From: Promethearchaeia archaeon
GTDB taxonomy: Archaea; Asgardarchaeota; Lokiarchaeia; Sigyniarchaeales; SOKP01
Direction of reading: 5' to 3'
DNA length: 48,718 nucleotides
NCBI GenBank assembly: GCA_029856085.1
Contig: JAHQWI010000057.1
Location: 1 to 48,718, forward strand
A model generated the notes under the pieces. It saw only the letters and a program-made list of their open reading frames with translations, did no database searches and was not told where the DNA came from. Both the position numbers and the translations under genes were made by a program. This document shows, in pieces, positions 1-9,744 of the stretch (position 1 is the first letter of the stretch; every line of letters starts with the position of its first letter).

Positions 1-8
1 TTACTCAT
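1..8 (-). CDS. Probable start of the next operon gene (runs off window)
   Basis: Thiolase stop TAA (10-8) overlaps an ATG (8-6) as TAATG; only M-S is visible. Confidence 0.35.
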
Positions 9-1246
9 TATTTTTTCATCCCCTCCTCATTTTCCATTACAATTATAGCTGCGTATGCTGCCCCAGGACCTCCAATTGAATGGGAAATAGCCCTTCCATT
101 TTCAATTGTTTTCACCTGATGTTTTCCAGCATCTCCTCTTAATTGAAGTGCAGCTTCTCCAGTAGACATAATTCCTGTTGCGCCTACAGCATGACCACAT
201 CCAATAAGCCCTCCTGATGGACAACATGGTACTTCACCATCCATTAACGGACCTCCTGATTCAATCCATTTGCCACCTTCCCCGAAAGGAACAAAACCTA
301 ACTCTTCGTAAGATATAACTTCTTGCCCAGAAAAGGCATCATGTAGTTCTGCTAAATCAATTTGACTTTTAATTTTATCGTACTCTAAACCTGCCATTTT
401 GTATGCCGCTTTTGCCGCATAGATATTTGAATATAATCTTCCCATATCTTCCCTATTCCCTATAAAACAATCTGTATTTGCCGCACCGACCCCAGTTATC
501 CAAATAGGATTCTCAACTTTTAATTCTGTAACTTTATCTTCACTTGCTAAAATCAGTGCTGCTGAAGCTTCTGAATATAAACAACAATCTAACAGTTTAA
601 ACGGATAACATATAATTCTCGAATTCATAACATCTTCTACAGTTATTTCCATTGGTGACTGGGCTTTAGGATTATTCATCGCATTTTCATGATTTTTTAC
701 TGAAACCAACGCCATCTGTTCTTCTGTAGGGTTTCCAAATTCCTCAAAATGTGCATTTACCATACTAACATAAGAACTTGCTGCCATCACCCCCATAGGA
801 TATTCATATGTCATATCAGTTGAATATGCTATAGAGTTAAGGACTTCAGGTGTAGTAGTCCCAGTTTGCTCATCATAACAATCATTACACTTCTCTACTC
901 CAAGACATAGATTCAAATCAGATAATCCTGAAGCGATTTCAGCATAAGCCATACGAACTGTATACCCTCCTGTTGCACCTCCTGTGGCTATTCTTGTTCC
1001 AGGTTTATTATTCATTCCAATATACGAATTGATAAATATATCTGGCATAAATTGTCGCTCAAAAAGTTCGTTATAAATACCATAAATAGTTGATTGTAGA
1101 TCATCATGCGTGATCTCCGCCCCGTTTTTATTTGAATCTTCCAGAGCCAATTTTGTAGCGTCATATGCAAGTTCAAAATAAGTTTTATCCAAATACCGGG
1201 TTTTAAAAGGTGTAGTACCAATACCTATTATTGCTACTCTTTTCAA
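8..1246 (-). CDS. Thiolase-superfamily protein (SCP-x/Ltp type) lacking catalytic cysteines
   Basis: RVAIIGIG start, GVEK, KNHENAMNNPKAQ, ELHDAF, SGGLIGCGHAVGATG motifs; TTG start. Confidence 0.9.
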   Translation of the reverse strand: MKRVAIIGIGTTPFKTRYLDKTYFELAYDATKLALEDSNKNGAEITHDDLQSTIYGIYNELFERQFMPDIFINSYIGMNNKPGTRIATGGATGGYTVRMAYAEIASGLSDLNLCLGVEKCNDCYDEQTGTTTPEVLNSIAYSTDMTYEYPMGVMAASSYVSMVNAHFEEFGNPTEEQMALVSVKNHENAMNNPKAQSPMEITVEDVMNSRIICYPFKLLDCCLYSEASAALILASEDKVTELKVENPIWITGVGAANTDCFIGNREDMGRLYSNIYAAKAAYKMAGLEYDKIKSQIDLAELHDAFSGQEVISYEELGFVPFGEGGKWIESGGPLMDGEVPCCPSGGLIGCGHAVGATGIMSTGEAALQLRGDAGKHQVKTIENGRAISHSIGGPGAAYAAIIVMENEEGMKK

Positions 1247-1387
1247 AATTTCCTCAACAATTTTTTTAATTTTAATTTAATTTAGATAGAGTCATTAATT
1301 AATGTTTCAAATAGAAAAGATTTAATTAATTTCTCTTTTATATTGTTGTTTAGTGTTAATTAATTGATTAAAAGATAGATGATTTAA

Positions 1388-1822
1388 ATGGTAAATCAAG
1401 AATTGTTAATGAAAATTAAATCCAAATTAAACGAAAGTGGAACCGTTACTGCTGATGATACACTCCAGTTATTAGAAGTTTATAAACAAATATCTTTAGA
1501 AAAAAAGGAATTACAAGAGGAATTCGAAGATATGGCAATGTTAGACATGGAGTTTCTTGGTCAAATTATAGTTTCTGATGAAAATAAGAAATTTTGGTTA
1601 AAATTCAAGAAAGGGAAAGTTGATTTTGGGGAAGGTGAAGTTGAAAAACCAACTCTAACCTTTACTACTACCATGAACGTATTTTCAGGAATATTGTTTG
1701 GTCATATCGAAATTTCAAGTGCCCATAAGGCAGGAGATGTTTCATTTGAAGGTAGTGGTGAAGAACTCATGGATTTTCAAGCAATAACTTCAGTTATAAA
1801 TGATTTCTTACAAAATTTATAA
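1388..1822 (+). CDS. SCP2 sterol/lipid-binding domain protein
   Basis: C-terminal GEGEVEKPTLTFT...AHKAGDVSFEG pattern typical of SCP2. Confidence 0.8.
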   Translation: MVNQELLMKIKSKLNESGTVTADDTLQLLEVYKQISLEKKELQEEFEDMAMLDMEFLGQIIVSDENKKFWLKFKKGKVDFGEGEVEKPTLTFTTTMNVFSGILFGHIEISSAHKAGDVSFEGSGEELMDFQAITSVINDFLQNL

Positions 1823-1905
1823 TTCAGTTTGAGTAAACTAGAGAAAATTTTATTAGGTGTTTGGATAGAACTTTCCATTCACCCTTATAAAATTTGTTTA
1901 ATTAA

Positions 1906-2009
1906 ATTCCCTATTGCTTTTGTAATTTCATAGGACAAAGTACCACTTTTTGAGATAACCGCTATATTTCCATAATTGCACATATCACCAGGCATTATCC
2001 CCAATTTTA
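1906..2009 (-). pseudogene. sucD: Internal relic of a second sucD
   Basis: 104 bp aligns to 33093-33196 with 9 mismatches; translates [34 protein letters not shown]. Confidence 0.9.
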
Positions 2010-2218
2010 ACCCTCGTTGAAGTTCGTAAGCAAGGATGGGAATTCAAAAGTTGCAATCGATTAAATGATTAGTTAACAATTAATCTTAGGGTTGTTGGAA
2101 AAAAATATTTTAAATTGTAACCTTTTTAAAATCATAAAAAAACAGCTCTAAGAACATAACTAAAAATGCATCTAACAACTTATTTAAGATAAGGATAGTT
2201 TTTATTTAGTCCTGTACT

Positions 2219-2237
2219 ATGTTACTCATAGTAACAT
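2219..2237. promoter_or_regulatory. Palindromic operator ATGTTACT-CAT-AGTAACAT
   Basis: Perfect 8-bp arms, downstream of TATA-like TTATTTAAG (2180-2188) and about 60 bp upstream of the FabK/NMO gene; motif recurs elsewhere. Confidence 0.75.
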
Positions 2238-2299
2238 TAATAACACTAAAAGTAAAGCCTCAACTATTGATTTAAAAATTTGATTAAAGGTATCTAAAT

Positions 2300-3379
2300 T
2301 TGACATTGAAAACAAATATAACCGAAATGTTTGGAATTAAACATCCAATCGCATGTGCTGCGATGGGCCCTTTCAGAACAACCGAATTGGCTGTAGCAGT
2401 CTCAGATGCAGGCGGACTTGGTATGATTTCACATACTAACGTTTCTATGGACGGTTATGAGCAAAATGATATTGATGCGTTGAAAAAAAACATTGATTTT
2501 GTAGTTGAACACACAAATAAACCTTTTGGTTTCAATATAAGAACTTCCAGAAATGAAGTAGGTTGTGACGAGTTAATTTCGGAAACTTCAAAGCATATAA
2601 TGGCAAATCCTAAATTGAGAGAACAATGTATATATGCGCTCACAAGTGCGGGTTCAGCTAGGAGAATGCCCCAGAATAAAGATTTCCAGAAATTAAGGGA
2701 AAGTACACAGATTAAACATTTCCATGTTGCTCCCGCACTTTGGTTAGCAGATAAGTGTGTTGCAGCGGGATGTGACGGACTTGTTGTAACAGGATTCGAA
2801 GGGGGAGGGCATCAATCATATGAAAAAGTTGCTAGTTTAGTTTTATTACAGCAAGTACAGCAAAAACATCCAGATATTCCAAAAATTGCTTGCGGGGGAT
2901 TTGCAACAGGAGGAGGTATGGCTGCAGCTTTAACTCTTGGTGCAGGAGGAATTGCTATGGGATCAAGATTTATTGCATCTAAAGATAGTGAATTTCATGA
3001 AAACTACAAGAATGTAGTACCACTTGCAAAAGCTTCAGATACACTTGTGAGAACGGGAATTCTGGGAACCATTAGACTCTGGAGGAACAAATATGCTTTA
3101 GCAAAAGGATTAGTAAAAAGTAAAGAAGAAAAAATGATTGAGGAAAAGGAATTGTCAGATCATCGAATTGCTATATCAAAGGAAGAACTTGCTGAAGAAT
3201 TAAGAAAGGATGCAATTGCCGCTTTTGCAGCTTATCAAGGTGATATGGAAAACGGAGCAGTTTTATTGGGGCAAAGCATAGGAATAATAAACCAAGTTGA
3301 GAGTGTCTCAGATATCATTGAAACGATTATAAACGATGCTGAAAAAACTTTGAAAAAAGCGATAACATTCGTGGAATAA
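2300..3379 (+). CDS. Nitronate monooxygenase / FabK-like FMN enoyl reductase
   Basis: FGIKHPI..AAMG, AVSDAGGLG, GFEGGGH, IACGGF, GIAMGSRF motifs. Confidence 0.9.
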   Translation: MTLKTNITEMFGIKHPIACAAMGPFRTTELAVAVSDAGGLGMISHTNVSMDGYEQNDIDALKKNIDFVVEHTNKPFGFNIRTSRNEVGCDELISETSKHIMANPKLREQCIYALTSAGSARRMPQNKDFQKLRESTQIKHFHVAPALWLADKCVAAGCDGLVVTGFEGGGHQSYEKVASLVLLQQVQQKHPDIPKIACGGFATGGGMAAALTLGAGGIAMGSRFIASKDSEFHENYKNVVPLAKASDTLVRTGILGTIRLWRNKYALAKGLVKSKEEKMIEEKELSDHRIAISKEELAEELRKDAIAAFAAYQGDMENGAVLLGQSIGIINQVESVSDIIETIINDAEKTLKKAITFVE

Positions 3380-3388
3380 TTCATTCTA

Positions 3389-3397
3389 TTTTTTTTT
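3389..3397 (+). terminator. Oligo-T terminator candidate
   Basis: T9 run 10 nt after the stop of 2300..3379. Confidence 0.45.
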
Positions 3398-3503
3398 AGT
3401 CATAGAATTCATGTTGTAGGGAAATATGCCAAAATCGATTTTCTGATACCTTCTTTTTTGTTTATGAGTTTATTATTAAAAAAAATAAACTTGTGATAAA
3501 TTA

Positions 3504-4280
3504 TTAAATTTGTTGAATAAATTTCTTAAGAGAAGGATTAAATTTTTCTTCCTCAACTTTAAAGATCCTATGCCCACATTCGGGAAATTCGACATAAGTA
3601 CAATTGGTTAAATTATTCGGATACCATTCTCCGAGCGGGTTTGAGGGTAATTGCACTTCTCTTTTTAACAGATATAACACTGGTAAGTCGATCTCTGACA
3701 TCAATGTTCTATAATCATAGGTGCATAATTCTTTGAAATATGTAATTATTGCCTATTTCGACATATTTCTAATTGTTCTCTCCCTCGCGTTAGATTGTTT
3801 TGCAACATTTTCAACAAAAGTGGAAAACTTTTTGTTAATTGTCTTCTTTAATTTTCGAATGTTAGCATCTCCTCCATCAGCACCATATTTCCAATGCTTA
3901 TCATTTAAGATTTTAGGAGGTTGGTTAATAATACATATTCCTTTTAATGATTTCGTTTGGTAATGGGATAGATAGCTAAAAATGACTACTGTGCCCATAG
4001 AATGGCCAATTAGGATGGGGGTGTTGAGGTTTAATTTTTGAATAATATTGTGAACATCATTGGCTACTTGGTTTAATTTTAAACTTTTTTCAATCCGACC
4101 GGAAAAACCATGCCCCCGAATATCCATTGAAATACAGTGATATTTTTTAGAGAAAAAAGCAATATTCTTTTCAAAATCAAGTCCATCACTCATCCATCCA
4201 TGGATGAAGAATAATGGTTGACCATTACCCACATCAGTATAATAGATCATTTCCCCGTCATCAGTGGCACAGTATGACAT
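3504..4280 (-). pseudogene. Alpha/beta hydrolase interrupted by a single in-frame TAG
   Basis: HGW, DIRGHG, GHSMG nucleophile elbow; ORFs 3753..4280 and 3504..3704 share a frame (MSK*AIITYFKELCTYDYRTLMSEID...ECGHR). Confidence 0.85.
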
Positions 4281-4321
4281 TCTTTTTCTTTCTCTTTTAT
4301 AGTAAATTGTTATGATTATTT

Positions 4322-5155
4322 CTAATGTTTATAAAACCCTTCTCTGGTTTTTAAACCCAGAATTCCTTTATCGATCATGTCTTTCAGAGCTTGTGGGGGT
4401 TTATCATCGGGGTTACCGCTATGTTGGAAATAAGACATTTCAATGTCATACACTACATCCAGCCCTATTTTATCCATGATCATAAAAGGGCCATCGGACA
4501 TTTTCGTTGTGATTTTCCAGGCAGCATCAATATCTTTAAGATCTGCATATCCTTCAGCCCATACTTTCAAACATTCTTTCTTTATAGCTCTCCAGATCCG
4601 ATTATACACAAAGCCGTAAGATTCTTTCTTCACTACTAAAGGTCTGAGTTCTATGCTTTCAATCCAATTTTTTCCGATTTCGAATGTTTCATTACTTGTC
4701 ATTGTCCCTTTCATAATATCGGCCATTTCAGTTAGTGCATACTCACCAGCACCGATATAAAAATGTATATTTAAGACTTTGTCCTTTCGTTTCACTGCAT
4801 CTTCAAGCTTAGAAACGGGAAATGATGAACTATTTGTAGCGATAATCGCATGATGAGGAGCAACTTTATCAATTTGGTTAAAAATTTCTAATTTGAGATC
4901 TAATTTTTCAGGAATGGCTTCAATTATTAGATCAGTTTTGGTTACTGCATCATCAATGCTGTAGTAAGAGGTTATTTCTCCCAAAGAATTGGTTGCTTTA
5001 ATTTGGTTCTTCCGTGATTTAATGAATTTCTGTAATGAAGCGTAATCTATATCGTAAAGATGGACATCATAGTTATAGGCTGCTGCCTTAATAGCAATTC
5101 GTTTACCCATCGATCCTGCTCCAATAATGGCAATTATCTTGATTTTATCAGACAT
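4322..5155 (-). CDS. 3-hydroxyacyl-CoA dehydrogenase
   Basis: IIGAGSMG Rossmann motif, EAIPE, ATNSSS, HF, GFVYNR, GPF..MDKIGLD, G.LGLKT.EGFY. Confidence 0.95.
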   Translation of the reverse strand: MSDKIKIIAIIGAGSMGKRIAIKAAAYNYDVHLYDIDYASLQKFIKSRKNQIKATNSLGEITSYYSIDDAVTKTDLIIEAIPEKLDLKLEIFNQIDKVAPHHAIIATNSSSFPVSKLEDAVKRKDKVLNIHFYIGAGEYALTEMADIMKGTMTSNETFEIGKNWIESIELRPLVVKKESYGFVYNRIWRAIKKECLKVWAEGYADLKDIDAAWKITTKMSDGPFMIMDKIGLDVVYDIEMSYFQHSGNPDDKPPQALKDMIDKGILGLKTREGFYKH

Positions 5156-5206
5156 CTTTTAATCCTTTTAAATGTATTTTTAATTTCATTAAATCTTTTA
5201 AAAAAA

Positions 5207-5223
5207 TGTAACATAATGTCACT
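5207..5223. promoter_or_regulatory. Variant operator TGTAAC-ATAAT-GTCACT
   Basis: Fits wGTnAC-N5-GTnACw in the divergent promoter between 4322..5155 and 5284..6126; 3 mismatches to the strict consensus. Confidence 0.5.
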
Positions 5224-5283
5224 AAATATTTAATAAGTAAGTTCATTTTATTATTTAAACATTTTTTTAACATCAAACAGGGG

Positions 5284-6126
5284 TTGATAAATGTGGAGTA
5301 TGAACAAATTATATATGAAGTAGAAGATCAGATTGCGATTTTAACCTTAAATCGACCAAAACGTCTTAATGCGTGGACTTGGAAAATGCACGAAGAATTT
5401 GGGGATGTATTGAATAGAGTAGAGAGAGATACAAACGTGAGAGCTCTAATAGTAACTGGAGCTGGTCGCGGATTCTGTGCTGCTGCAGATCTTTCAAGAG
5501 GGGAAATAACTTTTGAAACTGATGAACCGCGCAAAAATAAGAATCGGGGAGAAGAATATATTTTTCTATCTCTAAAAGGTTATTTTTCGCTTAAGAAACC
5601 TGTAATTACTGCGATTAACGGACCAGCTGTTGGAGTAGGGATTGCAATGGTTCTTCCGTTCGATATTCGAATAGCTTCTGAAAGTGCACGTAATGGAATA
5701 GTATTTGATCGGAGGGGGGTGGTACCTGATAACACATGTACATTGATATTGTCACGTATCATAGAAATTAGTAGAGCTGTTGAATTGATGTATACTGGTA
5801 GAGTAATAAATGCAAGAGAGGCACTCGAATTTGGTTTAGTTAGTCGTTTTGTGCCTGATGAAGAATTGATGAAAGTTGCAAAGGAAATCGCAGATCAAAT
5901 TGCTTTAAATGCTCCTGTAAGTGTTGCTCTAACAAGACGAATGCTTTATCAATTCCTTACTGAATCAGATATTGTAAAAGCAGAACAAATTAACAATCAA
6001 TATTTTGATTGGATTGGAAACCAACCTGATGCACGTGAAGGAGTTTTATCTTTCTTTGAAAGACGAAGACCTGATTGGAACTTAAGGGTCTCTGGAGATT
6101 TACCATCTTTCTTTCCTTTGGAATAA
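5284..6126 (+). CDS. Enoyl-CoA hydratase/isomerase (crotonase) family
   Basis: TLNRPKRLNA, GRGFCAAADL, AINGPAVGVG, DAREGVLSF; true start may be GTG at 5293. Confidence 0.93.
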   Translation: MINVEYEQIIYEVEDQIAILTLNRPKRLNAWTWKMHEEFGDVLNRVERDTNVRALIVTGAGRGFCAAADLSRGEITFETDEPRKNKNRGEEYIFLSLKGYFSLKKPVITAINGPAVGVGIAMVLPFDIRIASESARNGIVFDRRGVVPDNTCTLILSRIIEISRAVELMYTGRVINAREALEFGLVSRFVPDEELMKVAKEIADQIALNAPVSVALTRRMLYQFLTESDIVKAEQINNQYFDWIGNQPDAREGVLSFFERRRPDWNLRVSGDLPSFFPLE

Positions 6127-6161
6127 AATTATTTTAAATTGAGGTATTAGATGGGATAAAA

Positions 6162-7931
6162 TTGGTAGACACGTATACTTTCAAGGAATTGGAATATAAA
6201 GCTCGTTATGATAAAGCAATGGAATGTTTAGAAAAAAACAGAATTTTTAGTTTAGGGCATTTAATTGAGAACTTATCGATAGAGAAACCTGCTAAACCCG
6301 CTTTATACTTTGAAAATTCTTGCTGGACGTGGGAAGAATTTAATAGCGAGTGTAATAGATATGCCAATTTTTTTAAAAACATAGGACTTGATCATCAAGA
6401 TAGAATAGCAATTATGTCAGAGAATTGTCCTGATTATCTTTTTATCACAATGGGAATTAATAAGATTCAAGGTGTTACTGCTTTAATCAATGTAAACCAG
6501 CGAAAAGAGGCATTAATACATGCTTTTTCGGTAGCAGACCCCAAATACATCATAATTGATGGAGAAAATCTACCACATTTCACGGATATTTATAACCGCC
6601 TAACTATAACAATGGACAAAATTTTCATTTTCAATAATAATGACAGATTTCCTCATAAATTTGAAGAAATCGACAATATCATAAAAAATTGTTCACGCAA
6701 TAATCCCAAAACAACAAAAAATTCAACAATAGAAGATACTATACTTTACATTTATACGTCTGGAACGACTGGACTGCCAAAAGCAGTAGTGACAAAAAAT
6801 AATACTTTTTATTCGGGAGTATTGGGCCATTCAATAGTTAAGTTGAACTCTAGCGATATTACATATATATCAACCCCGTTATATCATTCATTAGGTATTT
6901 CCACATTATGGTCTAGTGTAGTCTTCACTCAAGGTTCTGCTGTACTGAGAAGGAAGTTTTCAGCCTCAAATTTTTGGAAGGATATTCATAAGTACAAGGT
7001 GAGTTACACCGGAGTGTTGGGTGAAATTCCTCGATATCTTCTAAATCAACCTGTTTCCGAACTTGAAAAAGCCCACACTCTAAAAAAAGTCCTTTCATTG
7101 GGATTAAGAAAAATAATTTGGGATAAATTTAAATCTAGGTTTCAAATTGAACATATTTATGAAGTATACGGTTCGACAGAAGGCTACGGGCCATTAATAA
7201 ATGTGGATGAGATTCCTGGTATGGTAGGACGATTTGATCCTGAAGTACATATATTATTAAAAGTAAATCCAGAAACCGAAGAATTTATTCAAGGAAAGGA
7301 TGGTAAATACCAAAAATGCATTTCTGGGGACATAGGTATGCTTTTGAATTTAATAGAAGACCCAGAATTATTTGATCTCTATAGTGACTCTACAGCTACA
7401 AATAGGAAAATTCTAAGAAACGTTTTAAAGGATGATGATGATGCCTATTTAATGACTGGGGATCTTTTCTTGCTACATGAAGATCGTTGGCTTTCTTTTG
7501 CCGATAGATTAGGAGATACATTCAGATGGAAAGGAGAAAACGTTTCGACGCAGGAAGTTGAAAGCATGATTAATTCCCACCAATATATTACATCCTGCGC
7601 AGTTTATGGAGTCTCAATCCCTGATTCTGACGGAAAAGCGGGTATGGTCGCGATTGATGCTGATACATTTCAAAAATTAGATTTAGTTGAAATATTGGCT
7701 TTCATGAATGCTTCATTACCAAAGTATGCAATTCCACTATTTCTTAGAATTTTACCTAATTTCGATCTAACAGGTTCCTTCAAGATAATAAAGAGGAAAT
7801 TAAAATCTGAGGGTTATAATCTTGAGAAAACAGAAGACCCATTATATTTTTTACACCCAATCAAGAAAAAATACATCAAATTTGATGAAACTGTATATCA
7901 TAATCTACGAAGTGGGAATATTAAACTATGA
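6162..7931 (+). CDS. FATP-type (very) long-chain acyl-CoA synthetase
   Basis: YIYTSGTTGLPKA, YGSTEG, TGD and FATP signature DRLGDTFRWKGENVST. Confidence 0.93.
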   Translation: MVDTYTFKELEYKARYDKAMECLEKNRIFSLGHLIENLSIEKPAKPALYFENSCWTWEEFNSECNRYANFFKNIGLDHQDRIAIMSENCPDYLFITMGINKIQGVTALINVNQRKEALIHAFSVADPKYIIIDGENLPHFTDIYNRLTITMDKIFIFNNNDRFPHKFEEIDNIIKNCSRNNPKTTKNSTIEDTILYIYTSGTTGLPKAVVTKNNTFYSGVLGHSIVKLNSSDITYISTPLYHSLGISTLWSSVVFTQGSAVLRRKFSASNFWKDIHKYKVSYTGVLGEIPRYLLNQPVSELEKAHTLKKVLSLGLRKIIWDKFKSRFQIEHIYEVYGSTEGYGPLINVDEIPGMVGRFDPEVHILLKVNPETEEFIQGKDGKYQKCISGDIGMLLNLIEDPELFDLYSDSTATNRKILRNVLKDDDDAYLMTGDLFLLHEDRWLSFADRLGDTFRWKGENVSTQEVESMINSHQYITSCAVYGVSIPDSDGKAGMVAIDADTFQKLDLVEILAFMNASLPKYAIPLFLRILPNFDLTGSFKIIKRKLKSEGYNLEKTEDPLYFLHPIKKKYIKFDETVYHNLRSGNIKL

Positions 7932-7985
7932 TTTATGACTTTTAGTATTCTAGATTCAATCAAACTTTTTCTGATTCCTTAGCTT

Positions 7986-8000
7986 ATTGGTTTTACCAAT
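7986..8000. promoter_or_regulatory. Palindrome ATTGGT-TTT-ACCAAT
   Basis: 6-bp arms upstream of the MBL gene; same half-site as the 9679 palindrome. Confidence 0.3.
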
Positions 8001-8052
8001 TTTTCTCAAGTTTTTAAGAAATTTTTTATTTTTTATTTTTTTATTATAAGGT

Positions 8053-9309
8053 ATGAATTCCTTTACCTCGAAAAAAAATAAATTCCAAAAATTAAAAGGG
8101 GATGAAGTTATATTTGATAATCCCCATCCAGATATCCATATTGCAAACATTCCAATAGCCACAGCCTGTTGGGTTAAAACTACTGAAGGAATTGTAGTAA
8201 TAGACACTCTTCTCAAGAATATTCATGGAGAACAAATGTATAACAAGATTAAAACAACTACAGATGGCATAATCAAATACCTTATTATCACCCATGGACA
8301 TCGAGACCATCATGGAGGATATCGCCCATTTATGCAAGATTCACCTGAAATTATCACTCAAAGTTTATTTTTAGAACGATTAGAGAAATATAAAATACAA
8401 GCTCCTTATCAAGATAGAGTTAAATCAATTCAGTTTAATATGCCAATGAAAAAAGTTACTCCAGAGCAATTAGAAAAGTGGAGGCAAATCAAATATATTT
8501 CCCCTACTAAATTGTATGACGAGTTTTTTTCTTTTAAATTAGGGGATAAAACTTTTGAGCTTTATCATGCCCGGGGAGAAACAGATTGTGCGACCTGGGT
8601 TTGGATTCCCGAAATTAAAGTGGCATTTGTAGGAGATTTATTAATAGGTCGATTTCCCAATATAGGAAATCCGTTTAAACCAACCCGGTTTGCTCTTCCA
8701 TGGGCCCGTACCCTTGAAAAAATTCGAGAAAAAAAGCCAAAAATGATTATACATGGGGGATATTATCACCCCGTATATAAAGATTATGAAGTAAGGGAGG
8801 TTTTAGACCACACCATTGAAGCAATCCATATTATCCATGATCAAGTAATCGATTATATTAACAACGGTGTTCCATTGTATGATTTTATTAATAAGGTAAA
8901 GCTACCGGAATATTTACAAAAAAGTCCCTACCTGACCTCACAATATTCACGAATTGAATTTGCAGTACAGAACATATATCGGTGGTATCATGGTTACTTC
9001 GATTTTAATCCGGCACATCTTTTACCTGTTCCAGAAGCAACTATCAATCGGGAAATTTTATCACTCATTGGAAATAAGGCGTCAATATTAAATCGGGTGC
9101 AAGAATTAATTTCCAAGCACAAACTTCAATTAGCGTTACAGGTTTTGAATATAATTTTATTTGAGGATATGAAAAATGTTGAAGCAAGGAAATTACGCCT
9201 GAAAATATTAAAAGAAATAAGAGAAGAAGACAACTGTATGATTTCGTTTAATATCTGGACTTATTATATCAATGAGGATAAAAAATTTATATCATACTAT
9301 AAATCTTAA
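8053..9309 (+). CDS. Alkyl-sulfatase-like metallo-beta-lactamase-fold hydrolase
   Basis: THGHRDH, GETD, GDL...FPNIGNPFK..R, YRWYHGYFDFNPAHL dimerisation-domain pattern. Confidence 0.85.
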   Translation: MNSFTSKKNKFQKLKGDEVIFDNPHPDIHIANIPIATACWVKTTEGIVVIDTLLKNIHGEQMYNKIKTTTDGIIKYLIITHGHRDHHGGYRPFMQDSPEIITQSLFLERLEKYKIQAPYQDRVKSIQFNMPMKKVTPEQLEKWRQIKYISPTKLYDEFFSFKLGDKTFELYHARGETDCATWVWIPEIKVAFVGDLLIGRFPNIGNPFKPTRFALPWARTLEKIREKKPKMIIHGGYYHPVYKDYEVREVLDHTIEAIHIIHDQVIDYINNGVPLYDFINKVKLPEYLQKSPYLTSQYSRIEFAVQNIYRWYHGYFDFNPAHLLPVPEATINREILSLIGNKASILNRVQELISKHKLQLALQVLNIILFEDMKNVEARKLRLKILKEIREEDNCMISFNIWTYYINEDKKFISYYKS

Positions 9310-9419
9310 TTAAATCTTAATTGTATACTAAGATTGTCCTTCTCCAATATTCTGCCATGAGTTAGACAGGTAATTTTCCATGAAATTCTAAAAAATTGAG
9401 TAAACCTAGATCACGAAAT

Positions 9420-9545
9420 TCATAATGTCTGGGGGGTAAATCGATTAAAATCGTAAATGTATGTAGTTAAACCCTTTAATATAAAAATTGTAGCCCAACC
9501 ACTTCCGATTAATCCACCTCCATAACAAGTTACCTTTCCTTTCAT
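9420..9545 (-). pseudogene. N-terminal relic of a 3-hydroxyacyl-CoA dehydrogenase-type Rossmann protein
   Basis: MKGKVTCYGGGLIGSGWATIFILKGLTTYIYD then 9 further codons and TGA. Confidence 0.75.
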
Positions 9546-9678
9546 AATTTTCTCACTGTATTTTAAATTTAAAAATTTTCGGTCCTTTTAACTAGATTCT
9601 TAGATTAATAACAAGTACAGCTTCATCAAATTTATATATAAGGATAAATATTTAGATACAGATCGTCACATTTTCTAG

Positions 9679-9696
9679 ACCAATCTCTAGATTGGT
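9679..9696. promoter_or_regulatory. Palindrome ACCAATCT-CT-AGATTGGT
   Basis: Perfect 8-bp arms about 50 bp upstream of the acyl-CoA ligase operon, downstream of TATA-like TTTATATATA. Confidence 0.55.
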
Positions 9697-9744
9697 GACA
9701 GGTAATAAAAATGATGAAAATTACAATTAAAGAAGGTTCTAACA

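Noticed and set aside
1295-1364. Three TTAATTAAT copies in the thiolase/SCP2 divergent promoter
   Set aside because: Pure A/T motif in very AT-rich DNA; cannot be distinguished from chance by eye
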